DNA from: Marsupella aquatica
Lineage: Eukaryota; Plantae; Marchantiophyta
Length of the DNA: 64,000 nt
NCBI GenBank assembly: GCA_973895155.1
Contig: OZ316896.1
Coordinates: forward strand, 12,566,549 to 12,630,548
Reading direction: 5' to 3'
The notes under the pieces are model-generated. The model did not search any database. It was not told the origin of the DNA and was given only the letters and a program-made list of their open reading frames with translations. Both the position numbers and the translations under genes were made by a program. Shown piece by piece: positions 1 through 12,869 of the stretch (positions within the stretch are counted from its first letter, which is position 1; every line of letters starts with the position of its first letter).

Positions 1-2355
1 GAAACGGAAGTTTTTTTCCTTATAACTGTTAGGAATGTGGTTTCAGAAGGTGTTCATACATCCGCCCATTTGAAGCAAGGCTTGACAAATTACCTTTCCG
101 ACCAATGATTAAAATGCTTTGAGAAACTGCAGCGTAGACGAAAGGAGTTGTCTATCTGCATCCCGGATGAGCGAAATACTTCAGAATTTGGAACTGAATA
201 AAATGAGATTTAAAAAAAACCCTTTTTGCCGTATGCCCCTGCAAACCCTCTGGAACTGATGAACTTCAAGCTAAAATTTTCAAGGCATTTTGAGAACATG
301 CCAAATAACCCTATTCTGAACGTTGGCAGTGTCAATTAGGTCAAGTGCCAGTGTCCCTCATCAGACTTTGGTTGCACCATTTATAGGAGATATGTCTTGA
401 AATCATGGAAAAGGCTGACACAGTAGAGAAGGGGAAAACATCAAACGATGCAATCCCCTGTTTTCACATCAACATCGTGGATCCCACCACAACACTTTCA
501 TTAGGATAACATTTGTATGTTACCCCTTTGTGCGAGAACAACAATTTCCACAATCACAACACTTCAGTCCCACATTAATCTCAACTCCACAACACATTTA
601 CCAAAACTGCACTTGTATGCAACACAGATATGAACTGGTGTACTGTTAAATAAATCAGGGATGTTTGGCAATTACCTTGGGGAAGTTTTATTCAGGTTGG
701 ACTTTTGGGATTAATTCAGGGTTCTGTTGCCTCCATTGAACCAAAAATAGGTTTCAATTTAGCACTAGTTCAATTATATGCCAAATATTGGGTCATAGAT
801 ACGTTACCAAGTCAAGTATTTCTGACTGGAGTTTCTGCAGAGACCCCTTCATGAAAACTCACACAGCTGTATTACTTGTGACATCAGCATTCTGCTCAAA
901 ATTAAAAAGAAAAAGTAAAAATGAGGAATTTACTTGGCGGGTTCCCTCGTGACAATAACCTGCTTGGTGAGACAAACTTTTGCACTACATTCTTGGTGGG
1001 TGCAAGGTGCTTGTGCAGTGCAGGATGGAAGCATACTGGGTACTCTCCCCAAATAATGCTGCAAAAACAGATGTCAAAGGGCCCGAGAGGGAAACATTGC
1101 AAGATAAATGAATGTTTGGGCAAACCTCACATTTTTGCTGGGAGGGGCAGGAGAGGGCTTTGTTCCTTAGTTTGGGCCTCCCCCTCTTCTAACTCAGTTA
1201 CACTACTAATTATAAGCACTGCCCATTGAGCACAAAAACCTTGCAACCCACCAAGAATGTTGCTCGTCAGCTGGCTCAGGCTTGCACTATTCTTGGTAGG
1301 GGTGAGGCGGTGGGTGTTAGGGCCTGTAATCAACTTCCTTTGCTCGACCCTCCTATGTAGTTCACCACAGAGCTTCACCAGGCTTTCCAGTTTGCCAACA
1401 GGTAGAATTTGGGTCCTTTTGTTTCAGGCTTGGTTGTGGTTGGCTGTTAAGTGCATCCCTCTGGCTCTTTGGTTATCTTCCCTTTGATTAAGGTGTGTCA
1501 AAGTTCTCCCCTAACCAAAGTGGTACTATTTTAATTTTTTTGTGGTGTATCACTCTTATGGGGTACCTATTTTGGTAACCCATAGTGATTTTGTCATGAC
1601 CATAAGAGAATTTTTTGTCCTGAGCTCTTACAGAGTTACAACTTTGATTTGACACACCCTATTGGCTGTTTTGCCGTAGGGATCATGCATCCTATTTTGG
1701 TTATCCCCTTGATTGGCTCTTTTGCCCCAGGGATGATGTATCCTGGTTGGGGCCTTTTGTTTTTTTTTGGCTGTTTGAAATATAATATAACCACACCATA
1801 GAAAGGTGAACGTGGCAGATAGCAGTTCGCGTCTTGTTGGCAGGCAGGGTGTGTTGTTGTGTTGTCCTGGGCCTCTTGTACCCTGGATGTGGGAGATTTG
1901 CAAGCTGCTGGACTGTGCGCTACTGTAGAGAGTTTCGATTCTTTGAACGACCTCGATCTCCAGTGGGTAACCTGGATCTTGTTGCCAAGGCTCTGTCTCG
2001 GTATATAGTTCAGTCTGAGGAAATGATCCATTGTGTACTGTAACTGTAAGTGCCTGCCACACCCAATTCATTGTTCATCTCCGGACCTCTTGTTCTTTGC
2101 AGCAGAGCGGTTTGAATTTACTGTGGTGTCGAATTTGAGGCTAGAAATCAAGAGACGGAAAATTCTAAATTCTTGGGGTTGTTGAGGAAGTGAAGAAGGG
2201 AGGAGGGCCAGCCATTGATTCTGGGTCTTCCGCAAATTCGTTCACTTTGCTTGTGTTACTGGGCTGGGCATATGGGTCTCCACCACCCACATCACTAATT
2301 ACTCATTGTAGTCCGTAGGACGGCGAAGCTCACGCTTCGGAAGTGGAGGCAGTAA

Positions 2356-5300
2356 ATGAGGACGAAGTCGTGCATGTTCCTACTACATTGCAGCTGGCAA
2401 GGAAGCAGCAAGAGCTGGAGCTGGACGAAGGGTTTGCAGTTGAGGCAGACGGATTGGGCAAAACGAGAATATTGTCAAAGGGGTTCTGGTGTTCAGATTT
2501 TCAACAGGATCAAGGGGAAAGAGCAGCATAGATTCCATCATTCTGCTGCTTCTACGCTGAAAGCTGTGCATCAGACAAGTATTCCGAGGATTTCAAGGAG
2601 CATTGTCGGAAAAGCAGCAGTGGGAAGTGATACAATGGCGGATTCTGCCGCGTTGCAATCGCATGACCCCAGCCAAGTCTCTTACCTATCACAGGCAGAT
2701 GCAACTGCTGTCGATGAGATTCTCATGGGGCCTCTGGGATTCAGCGTTGATCAACTTATGGTGAGACTTTTCGTGCACCTAGTGGTTGATTCCAGATCAC
2801 TGGAAAGAGCTATATAGAAATGCATATCTGCTGCTGACGAGTGTATTTGAATAATTTTGTACGTTTGAGTGAGCTGTCTCTTTACCTTTTTATTGATCCA
2901 GACCTGTGATCCGAAATGCAGGAACTCGCAGGGCTCAGTGTTGCATCTGCTATTGCTGAGGTAAACGATTGGTACTCTCCGTGAGTCATAACAGTCCCAA
3001 GCCCCCGTTTCATTTTGTGGCAACGTAAGAAACTTAGACTCTAATAGTTGAAGTATTTGTACTTAAGCCAAAACTATTGAGAAAACATTTTCACGTGTTA
3101 TTCTTCTGTGTAGGCTCTTTACCAGCCTTGATATCAACTTTCTGTGGCTTAGACCCGTGGAATTGGGATTTTCTCTTGAAACCTCCAAATGTGATTCTCA
3201 TCGCCTCACAGTATTATACTAAATAATGCCATTGTAAGATCGTATAGATTTTGGGTTTGAGGAATCAGAATTGATTGGAGGACTGAATAAAAGGAAAAGG
3301 AGATCAGATGTTGCTATTCAAATGCCACTTTCATCCGAACTCACGCGGCTGAGAAATACTGGCAGGTGTATAATGTGCAAGATTGCTCACGCATCCTAGT
3401 TATCGCTGGTCCCGGAAATAATGGTGGAGATGGACTGGTTGCTGCTCGTCACCTCCATCACTTCGGCTACAAGATCTGCGTGTGTTATCCGAAGCGCACC
3501 GATAAACCCTTATACCACGGACTTGTGACTCAGGTTTGTTTATCGATGATAATGAAGGGGAAATGCTCAATGTAGGGGTTGAATCCCTATCCATGATATT
3601 GAGCTAGTCGTCGGAGTTTATTTGTAGCTCAATTAGTAGGGTTTAGTAATAAGCCCCGTCAGTCAGTCACTCCACTAGTGATGGTAGTATGCTTCTCATT
3701 GCTGTTCACCTTTTTTCACCCACAACAGAGCTCTAAACTCTCTTCTGTTCATAATTGATTGCAGCTTGAGAGCCTTTTCGTACCGTTTGTGTCCGACACA
3801 GAGCTGCCTGACCGACTCTTGGACAAATTTGACGTCATTGTGGATGCCATGTTTGGATTCTCATTCAAGGGTATTATTACAGTTTCTCAAATTACTGTTT
3901 CTCAAATGTAAATGGCTCAATTTCTTCCCAAATTTATGCAGGTTGTTTACGGATCAAAGTGGCAACTTTTGCAGCCTGAAGGGTGCTGTGCCAAAGTCTA
4001 AGAGAATTATCTGCTGCAGGCAAACCACGACCACCATTCGATGCATTTTTGCAGCGACTCATAGTCTCAAGTGGCTCCAAGGCAGCTGATCTTGGAGTCC
4101 CTCCAGTAGTTTCCATTGATATCCCTTCAGGCTGGCATGTGGAGGAGGGTGACATTGAAGGCGCAGGGCTTGCCCCTGACATGCTGGTATCTCTCAGAAT
4201 TCTTAAATACATGACGTATCTTGGACTCTGACAAATGCTTATCAAAGGCTAGCTCTTTCTTTCTAGTGCTGGATGTTGCTTAAAGTTTTTGAGCTGACTG
4301 CGTACTTCACAATTCTAGGTGTCTCTGACGGCCCCCAAGCTGGCTGCAAAGAAGTTCAAAGGACCTCATCACTTTCTGGGTGGGAGGTTTGTGCCGCCAG
4401 CTGTGGTGGACAAGTTTGGGTTGAAAATTCCTCCATATCCTGGCTCGTCACAATGTGTAAGGATTGGAAAAGCTCCACCTGTTGATGTCTCAGCACTTCG
4501 CAAGAATTATGTGGGTCTCTTGCTTTTAGAGGAACAAGCCAAAAGCGACCCTATAGAGCAGGTGTGTGGCCCGAAGTTTTTATCCCCAGTCAGTTTTACG
4601 TTTAAAGTTAATTTAATGACTAGGGAGTTTGATGGTATCAAACCTTCTCAATTGGTTTCATGTTATTTGAATGATGTGCAGTTTGACTACTTTCTTCAGC
4701 TTCTCGAATTTGTTGGTTGTGATGTACATTGTGCAGTTTCAAGAATGGTTCGAAGATGCTGTGGGAGCTAATTTGCCTGAAGCCAACGCCATGACTCTAG
4801 CGACAGTAGATGCCCAAAGCCGGCCGTAAGCTCGAAAACTTCTTCAGCTCCTCTGTCTCTGCAGATTGATTCTGAAAAAATTCCATTGTGTTATCTTCGC
4901 TTGTCGTTTTACACCCAAGGTACATTTTGCTAGTGGTAAGAACAGGACGCTTACATGCGCTTCTAAAGTCCCTATGACTTTCTTCAGGAGATTATGAAAT
5001 GTTGCATTTGATGCATGAACCTTCATGATTGCCCAACTACGTTGAGTCGTTGTTTTCCACCTATTACATGTATGTATTGTTAGCTTTTGCCTTTGTTGAA
5101 GATGATTGATCATTCGCATACTGAAACATGGCGAGATCATATGGTGGATTCCCCTGTTTGAATCATGATCCTTGGTTGTGTGTGCAGGTCGGCCCGTATG
5201 GTATTGCTCAAAGGTTATGACAAACAGGGATTTGTATGGTGGGTAATTTGATGTTTGAAAGAATTATCTACTAGGCCCGTTTTCAATTTCGTGTTTGATC

Positions 5301-6837
5301 AGGACTCACAGGTATTAACGTTAGAAAGGCTCAGAGATAGAATTTTAGTTTGGTAGCTGAGGTGAGAATTATGGAAAGGGGATGTTTGATCTTTGAACGC
5401 GTGACTGGAATCAGGTACACCAACTACGGAAGTCGGAAAGCAGCAGATTTGACCGAGAATCCTCATGCTGCTCTTGTTTTCTATTGGGAAGGACTAAATC
5501 GCTCAGTATGAACCTCAAATCACGTCCAAACCTTTTTCTTGGCATGAGGCTTAGTAAACATGAGCTGGCATGTGTATGCCTGCAATATGGAGAATTATTA
5601 AGAGAAATGCAATGGCATGAAAGCAAGGCTGTGGTCATCAAGTTATCTTACCTGACAAAATCTTATCCAGATACGGAAACTTCAGTTACAAGCAACCCTG
5701 GCAGTAGTGCTTAATCTCACGTGGACTCTGCTTAGTGCCCTCGTTTAGAAGACAACTTGCTCCAGAAGAATTTCAACAATGTATACTGAAGAACGTTGGT
5801 TGAAAGTCCTTCTTTTATGGAGTGTCAGCTCTTGATGTGCCCTCGTATGCATTCCAGGTCCGTGTTGAGGGCACTGTGGAAAAAGTTTCTGAGCAAGAGT
5901 CAACACAGTATTTCCATAGTCGACCGCGAGGAAGCCAGATTGGGGCTATGGTCAGCAAACAGGTATTTCGTTGACAGTGAAGCTCTTAGTTTATTTTGAG
6001 GAAATCTGGACTCCATGGCATACTCTAGGTACCTCCACGACCAACTGGACTTGTTTATAAGCTAATTCTTGTTTCGAATTGTCCAGAGCTCTGTAATTCA
6101 AGATAGGAATATTCTTGATCAGACTTATGAGGATTTACTTCGCCGGTTTCCAGAAGGGTATTCATATTCTCATGCCCTGTTTAGATCTAAATAATTAACA
6201 GATCAGTGTTTTTGTTGTGAACTTGCATCTATCTGGGCTTCCTCCACTCTTATTAATTGGATTAAATCTTTAAAATTCACACCTGATATATGCATCCATC
6301 TTGGACTTGTTTGTGGGCTTAGAATGCCGGTCTTGAAGAGGCTCATACACGAGTTGCCTACTCTCTTACTCATCCGTGACCTTTTGTTTCATGATTAGTC
6401 GATACAAATTCATTTCAGTAATTGAAGTGGATACCGGTATTCCTTACTATTGGTTGGCTAATCATACCATGGCTTTAAATTCTATCCAATGTTAGGAAAT
6501 CTCCTGGTTGGTCCTGACTTTGATGTTGCATGCTTTGGCAATACAGGGTCGTGATTCCCAAACCAGACTTTTGGGGTGGTTATAGGTTGCGCCCACTGAA
6601 AATTGAATTCTGGCAAGGGCGGACATCCAGACTTCATGACAGGTGAGTCCTCACTTCAGGCGTTCGATTGGTCTTGGATTTCACCAGGAAATTTAAGTAT
6701 GTGAATTTAATAAATTGAAGTCCGATTTTGAGCTGGTTTGAGTAATGGATTGTTTGCTTCCTTACAGGTTAATATATACCCTTGTCAATGAAAATGGAAA
6801 GAGCCCATCTTGGGTTATTGAACGACAATCACCTTGA
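2356..6837 (+). CDS. PDX3: Bifunctional NAD(P)HX epimerase (YjeF_N) / pyridoxine-pyridoxamine 5'-phosphate oxidase with N-terminal transit peptide; 13 exons, about 566 aa
   Basis: Hand-built exons with GT-AG introns: 2356-2760, 2922-2960, 3366-3533, 3765-3870, 4020-4186, 4319-4561, 4737-4825, 5188-5238, 5415-5505, 5858-5962, 6087-6157, 6547-6642, 6768-6837. They total 1701 nt, stay in frame and end in TGA. YjeF_N motifs: [51 protein letters not shown]. PNPOx motifs: [49 protein letters not shown]. This two-domain fusion is the known plant PDX3/PPOX1 architecture. Confidence 0.95.
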
Positions 6838-8160
6838 AATCCAAAGGATGGAACATGCTAGGTAGTGAGTATTCAACTGTTGGACACATTCCTTGAAAGA
6901 ATCAGAGGGCTACGTTCACCCTCTTTTTGCAAATGTAAAGTGCGCTGATTTGTTACAGGTCAGGTCAAGTGTATGTAAAGTCTCTAAAATTTGCTTTTAT
7001 TGTAATCAGTCTTACAAATTTAGCTGCTGTTGTTGGAGTCATCCTTGAATGTTCAGCAACTCAACTCTGGTAGCTACAAGCTATCTGTGATTTCAGTTTT
7101 GTTATGTCCTTGGAACATCTTTAGTATGTGGCTTCTGGGCATGCTTTCGAATCTTTCCACAGAAGCTAGAGTGGTCTCACTGTGAAACATTTTCACCAAG
7201 GGCATACCGGACTTTTAGCAATTGAAGGCTCAATTCACGGAATGCCTAATATCTAACCCTCTTTTAGGACGAGCATATTATGTCAAACTGGAGGTTTTGG
7301 CGAGTGACAAACAAGACGAGCTGGATGGTTGTATAGGAAGAATCTGTGTATAAATTCGAATTCACGATAAGAAGAATCTTTGTTTCACCATTTTGAAAAC
7401 TACCGATCGTCGACTGAACATCAAGAGAACAACACCTTATCTAATCAAATGTGGTTGCTTGTAGTGAGTGATAGACCACCTGCAACATAGAAGATATGAG
7501 AGAAACGATGAACATATGTGAGAAGGGGGATTTTGAATGAAAATTCTAAAACAAGATACACGTAGCAGTAGACTGAAAGGGAGCCTTGTACTTTGAAATG
7601 AGAGTCATTCCTCTATGCGTGATGCAAAGTCCCTCAGTATGGACTTTGAGGGACAAAGTACCTCGCACTCTGTGTGAGCGATATGTCGATCTGCCCGTCA
7701 GTACATCTATCCTTCGATTCGTTACATGCAATTTGATCTGAGGGCCTCATGAATTGACCCATGATCAGTGGTCCATTTCAAAATTTCCAGAGGTAGCCAC
7801 AGGGAAAAACCTGCTTTCACGTGGGAGCCAATTCTTGTATGTTCCCTCTCAAGTTGATACTTGGCATAGGATCGTCTATAATGTTCTGCATAGAAACGAT
7901 CCCTATTCAAATGATTATTATAGAAGCTTCTGGTGTTTCGTGGGTTTTGCCTGGCTTTTTCTTCCCGTTTTTTTCTTAGCAAGGCTCAAGTTGGGCAGGT
8001 CATCATTATGTCATTGAAACGAATTTGTTAGATTATTTGTTTTTTTCCTAGCACGGCTCAAGTTTGGCAGGTTTTATTGAGCAAATTGTGGGAATTTGCT
8101 AGGTTGGAAACTGAAGTAACAGGTATCAGGTTCGACTCAGCTATCACTGGGTTTAGGGAA

Positions 8161-8199
8161 GGGTTGGGTTGGGTTGGGTTGGGTTGGGTTGGGTTGGGT
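8161..8199 (+). repeat. (GGGTT)7-GGGT microsatellite, potential G-quadruplex
   Basis: Direct reading: gggttgggtt repeated, giving eight GGG runs. Confidence 0.9.
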
Positions 8200-9541
8200 G
8201 TGTGAGTGAGTTGGGCCAAAGTGCCTTGCAAAATCGGTTGTGGATGGGAAAAGGAAAGTAATTCATTAGAGCTAGTGGTTTTTGCAGAGGCAACATTTTC
8301 CTGGATTATGAAGCATGTGTAGGTTCTTTTCTGGGTGCTGATTTAGTCCACCTTCTTCACATCAAACAACCACCAAAAAGAAGAAGAAGAAAAAGGACGA
8401 ATGAATCGACTATCTACTAAATGGACATTCCCCAATGAAAATACTTTATTGATATAATCAAAGGAGATCCACCGGCCAGTAGTCTCACACAGTCTCACAA
8501 GTTTTCTCTTTGCCTTGAAAATTAACACTTCATTTAACAAGGAATTAAGTGTCAATCATTCAGGGCCTCACAAGAAATAGGTCAACCCTAAGGAAGCGTG
8601 AATAAAAGCCAGAAGGTTTGAGGTATAAACTAGACGAAGTGTTAACTAGCCAAACAAGCAAAAGAGTAGCACAACTTTGCCAAAATAGGCTACTAAGTTA
8701 CTCTTTTCATGATTGGCCCTCTCGTTGGGCAAGTTCAATGATGTATGCCTTGCTAGCATGTTGTTGGGAGAAATTTTCCACTTCAAATGGTTTCAGAGTG
8801 GTGAAGAGAAAAGCCACCTCCAACTTACCATAGGTGAACTAGTCATTGTTTTGGGAGATAGCAATGTCTATGAAAATGGACTATGATTTCTCTAGTGAGT
8901 GATTACAGGCTTATTTCAAACATGGGAAAATTTTATTGAAACTGTGAGCTCTACAAGTTATTTTGCTCCATTAGATCAAAATACTAATACTTACACAGTG
9001 CCAAGTTTTAGCAACAGTAGAAGAAGGGGAAGAAGGACGACCTTCCATGGGGCCTTCCATAAAAGCTATCAATGGTCCTTCCAAATACACTCCAATTAGT
9101 GTTCCAGAGTTTTAGCCCCCTGTATTCAGAAATACCCTAATATGGGGTGGGAGCTACATTTCTATTGCAAGAGTCAAGTATGTAACTTTGACGGTACAGC
9201 TTCCAGCCTGTCACATCCCTCCTCAACCCAATTGAGGTAATTATCTAGCTCAGATCCAATTGTGCACTCAGAAAATATGCAATAAGGACAACTCCAAGTA
9301 TATACCCTTTTGCAATTTCAGGTGCAATGAGCAAAACTATTTTGCAAATATTCTGTCGTAAGACATGCATAAGGTCACTCCCTTAGTGTCTCCAGTCTCG
9401 CCTTAGGCCGTAGTACAGTCTACAAAGGTTGGATTTGATTCAATCACTCTCACTTTAGGAGAAAGTGGATGTGTGTCCTTAACTTGAAATTTTCTGGAAA
9501 GTAAGATGTATGGACAAGTTTGTTTTTGCTTTCACAGCAAG

Positions 9542-9786
9542 ACTAAAGTGTCAACGAAGAAACTGGCATGCATGCTCACATGCTCCGTGAACGTCCATAA
9601 TGGCAACAATCGGGTAACAAAGTAGTCCAGCATATAGAGTCAAATCTTGTTCTATATGAAACTTTGCTAAGCTTCAAATTTTGGTTCTGCAATGATCCAT
9701 GGGTGGCCTATATATGCTGGACTACGGAGCATTTGACGGAGCATGTGAGCATGCATGCGTGCCAATCTCTTCTTTGACACTTTAGT
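9542..9786. mobile_element. MITE-like element / long inverted repeat, about 245 bp
   Basis: The left end actaaagtgtcaacgaagaaactggcatgcatgctcacatgctccgt matches the reverse complement of the right end, actaaagtgtcaaagaagagattggcacgcatgcatgctcacatgctccgt. An inner pair gtagtccagcatata / tatatgctggactac is also present. No clean TSD. Confidence 0.75.
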
Positions 9787-11666
9787 ATGACATCTGACTG
9801 CCTTGGGGTTGGCAATTGTTGGTTGATCAATTGACCATTTGTCTATCCAAAGCTCATTGATTCAAACAATCAAACAATGCATGGGTCCCAGCCGGGGTCC
9901 CAACAATTTGATTGGTTATTGAAATTCTACACCAGTGGGGATGGAGTGCTTCCTAGCCTACTGTTACCTTTTCTTTTGCCTAGCTGGGATAGAAGGAGGG
10001 CAAGGAAGCACCCTCTGATTCCCGGTATCTGATTGGTCGACCGAGGGATGCGTCTGAAAGACCAAGGATAGTTTTGAAATGTAACGACAACATCCTCAAG
10101 GCTGGAGGAAGAAACACCATATATTTGTTCTTCAGTGTATTCATTGTATCGCACCAAGCCAATTAATTTGGCCTGGATTGGATCGACCTGGCCGCCCTCC
10201 TTCTCTCCCTCCACCCTTATGTCTGTCCTGACTGCTAGGTAAGTATTTGTGATTCATACGTTAATTACTTTTCAATTGTAGATGTGCTTTCAGTAGGTAC
10301 CAAATTTCTTGTGATTTTAGACATCCAACAGTCAATACTTCATGACCACATCCTTGCTAATTAGGAACAAAGCTGCACTATTGTGAATGATTAAAGTTTC
10401 TTTAGTTGACACACCTCATCACATCTGCTAAATTTAATTTGCATGTGAGCCCTCAATCTTAGACGAACCACACCATGTGAGACAAATCTTGATTTCAGCT
10501 CTCCTCTTAATGTGAAGTGAACCAGTGGGCAGCAAGAAGTTGAAATTTTTGTTCTGGCTGGTGAGCCTATACAATCCTACATCTTTCAAGTTGCATTGAA
10601 TGAAATACTCCGGACCGACTGAAATGTCCACCCTAGGCATCTATTTCAGTTCATAACTTGGAGCCTGCCTCCCTCCTAGCTTCTTGCCTTCACCTCAATC
10701 ATGTGTGGGAAGTGGAGAACAAATTCAAGGTTACTTAATATTGTTGTATGACAGAATACTGTCATGGGGTTTATCATTCTACTATATATATCAATCAATG
10801 AATAAACTCTCCCATGTACAGTTCTTTGTCATGATGCCAACAGACACCTCCTTTCGTGAATAGTTGGAACGTCCATAGCTAGGACATGTTGTTTGATAGC
10901 CGGTGGCTAGCATTGCTCCTACAAAGTCTTTACTGACAGGTGTGGGAGAAAGGGATCAATCATTCTAAATGGTCAGAATCTAGGTATTGTGGCTGCTTTG
11001 GTTGTGACCGTGGTACTTAGTTCAACAAGGGGTCAATGCTTGTATTTGTTTGCTGATGACACAAAGGTTTGCTGGTGGTGATCATCTTATGAGGTTTTGC
11101 AACTGTGTAAGTCATGTTGTGAAGAGATTAGGGTAAGGAAGGAATTATGGCAACTTGAAGAAATAGATGCTCCCCAGGTGAAGCCCTAAGAGGAAAAGAT
11201 GGAGAAACAAACAAAGATCTGGCCGTTCCACAACAGAATAGAGTTTGTGCACCTCAAGGGATTTTCTCTTAAACCTGAAAGGCAATCATGTCATCAACAA
11301 AATCTGTATGTTCAGGTCCCGGTTCAGGTTCTCCTTTTGGTCAGTTTTGGGGAGTCTCAGTTCAAAGCGATGCTATAAATTCTTTGTTAACATGCATCCC
11401 GCCCATACATATTACACCTGCCATTGACATGAAGTAGGCTGGGATTCCACAACCTTGATACTATCTGGCAATTAAAAAGTGAATTGTCCCAACTACAACT
11501 GTGGAGCTTATAACAAAAGAGACATGGATAGGGCACCAATTTTTGAAAATCAAGATTGAAAATCAGGTTTATGAATTTCCAAGATCTAGTCAAGATTGAC
11601 AAAAGGAACGACACGAGGTAATGACGGTAGGAATAGGAGGCAGAATGGGACATTAATAGGGGCAAG

Positions 11667-12869
11667 ATGAGCAGCAGCAGCATTGAGGAGGGTGGCACCC
11701 ATGGTGGCTCCTCAGATGATGGTGGAGGAGAGCCATCGTCCATGATTCCCTTCCTATCTTCATCCTCTGCTGACTCTGCTGCAGAGAACTTTAATGACAA
11801 GAGTCGCACCATCATGGATGAGAATCTATGGGGCTCTCTTCCCGAAGATCTTCAGGACCGCATTCTTGCATGGCTACCATTTCCAGCCTTCGCTCGTGCT
11901 TGCACAGTGTGCAAACGATGGAATTCTGTCATGTACTCCCAATCCTTTTTGGAAACGTACAGACAGATCCCACCCCCTATGCCGTGTTTCCTCATGTTTG
12001 AGGCCAAAGACAGATCTATGTGCGCTGTGTTCAATCCAACTTCAGAGCTTTGGCACCGCATTCCGTTCACTTTCTTTCATTATGAAACAAAGTTCCCGTG
12101 TGCAGCTGCTGGGGGTTTACTTTGCTTTTGTGGTGTTAGTGCCTATCCTACTCTCTCTGTCTGCAATCCCTTGACTAGATGTTGGCGAGAACTCCCACCC
12201 ATGCTACACAAGAGGTTCCCAAATCTTGTGGGGATGGTGGTGGATCCTGCCACCAGGGGCTACAAGATTGTGGTCGCAGGGGACTACTATGAAGACAATG
12301 TGAGGACTGAGGTGTATGATTCCACCACAAATTGTTGGAGACTCACAGGCAATCATCTCCCGATAGCTAACTACACCCTGAGGAATGCATTTTGTAATGG
12401 GTTCCATTTCTGGGTGACTCGAGACCCTTATGGGGTCATAGCTTTCAACATGGAGCATGGAGTTTGGAGTGTGGTAAGAGCACCCATGCCCTCCTTCCTA
12501 TCCTCGCCCCACTTGGTAGGTTGCCACACAAGGTTGCTCATGGTAGGAGGATTGAAGAAGCATACCATTCCCAAGAATATCCGAATTTGGGAGCTTGAGC
12601 AAAACTCCATGAATTGGGCAGAGGTTGCCAGAATGCCCCACACTCTTTGCAAAAGATTCTTGAGAGACTCCAGGAATGGGGACTTTATGTGTGTTGGATA
12701 TGATGATCTCATCTGTTTGACAAGCTACAAATGTCCACATGCACTCATGTATGATTTCTCCAAACGCTCCTGGCGCTGGGTAGCAAGTTGTCCCCTCCTC
12801 ACTGATATCGAGGATTATAGATCTACTATAGGCTTTCCTTTCAGTCCCAGACTTGATGCAGGTGTATGA
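11667..12869 (+). CDS. F-box protein with C-terminal kelch-like beta-propeller (UFO/LCR/HAWAIIAN SKIRT-like family), intronless CDS, 400 aa
   Basis: F-box LWGSLPEDLQDRILAWLP...VCKRWN, followed by GGLLCF, VCNPLTRCWRELPPM, YKIVVAG, TEVYDS and WAEVARMP, and a C-terminal FSPRLD. These are typical of the plant UFO/LCR/HWS-related F-box group. The start could also be the Met at 11742 or 11814. Confidence 0.92.
   Translation: MSSSSIEEGGTHGGSSDDGGGEPSSMIPFLSSSSADSAAENFNDKSRTIMDENLWGSLPEDLQDRILAWLPFPAFARACTVCKRWNSVMYSQSFLETYRQIPPPMPCFLMFEAKDRSMCAVFNPTSELWHRIPFTFFHYETKFPCAAAGGLLCFCGVSAYPTLSVCNPLTRCWRELPPMLHKRFPNLVGMVVDPATRGYKIVVAGDYYEDNVRTEVYDSTTNCWRLTGNHLPIANYTLRNAFCNGFHFWVTRDPYGVIAFNMEHGVWSVVRAPMPSFLSSPHLVGCHTRLLMVGGLKKHTIPKNIRIWELEQNSMNWAEVARMPHTLCKRFLRDSRNGDFMCVGYDDLICLTSYKCPHALMYDFSKRSWRWVASCPLLTDIEDYRSTIGFPFSPRLDAGV

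Noticed and set aside
4562-4771. ORF 4319-4771 reading through the intron after exon 6 as an epimerase-only isoform
   Set aside because: Good GT and AG sites restore the conserved fusion. An open frame through a 175-bp intron can occur by chance and there is no transcript evidence.
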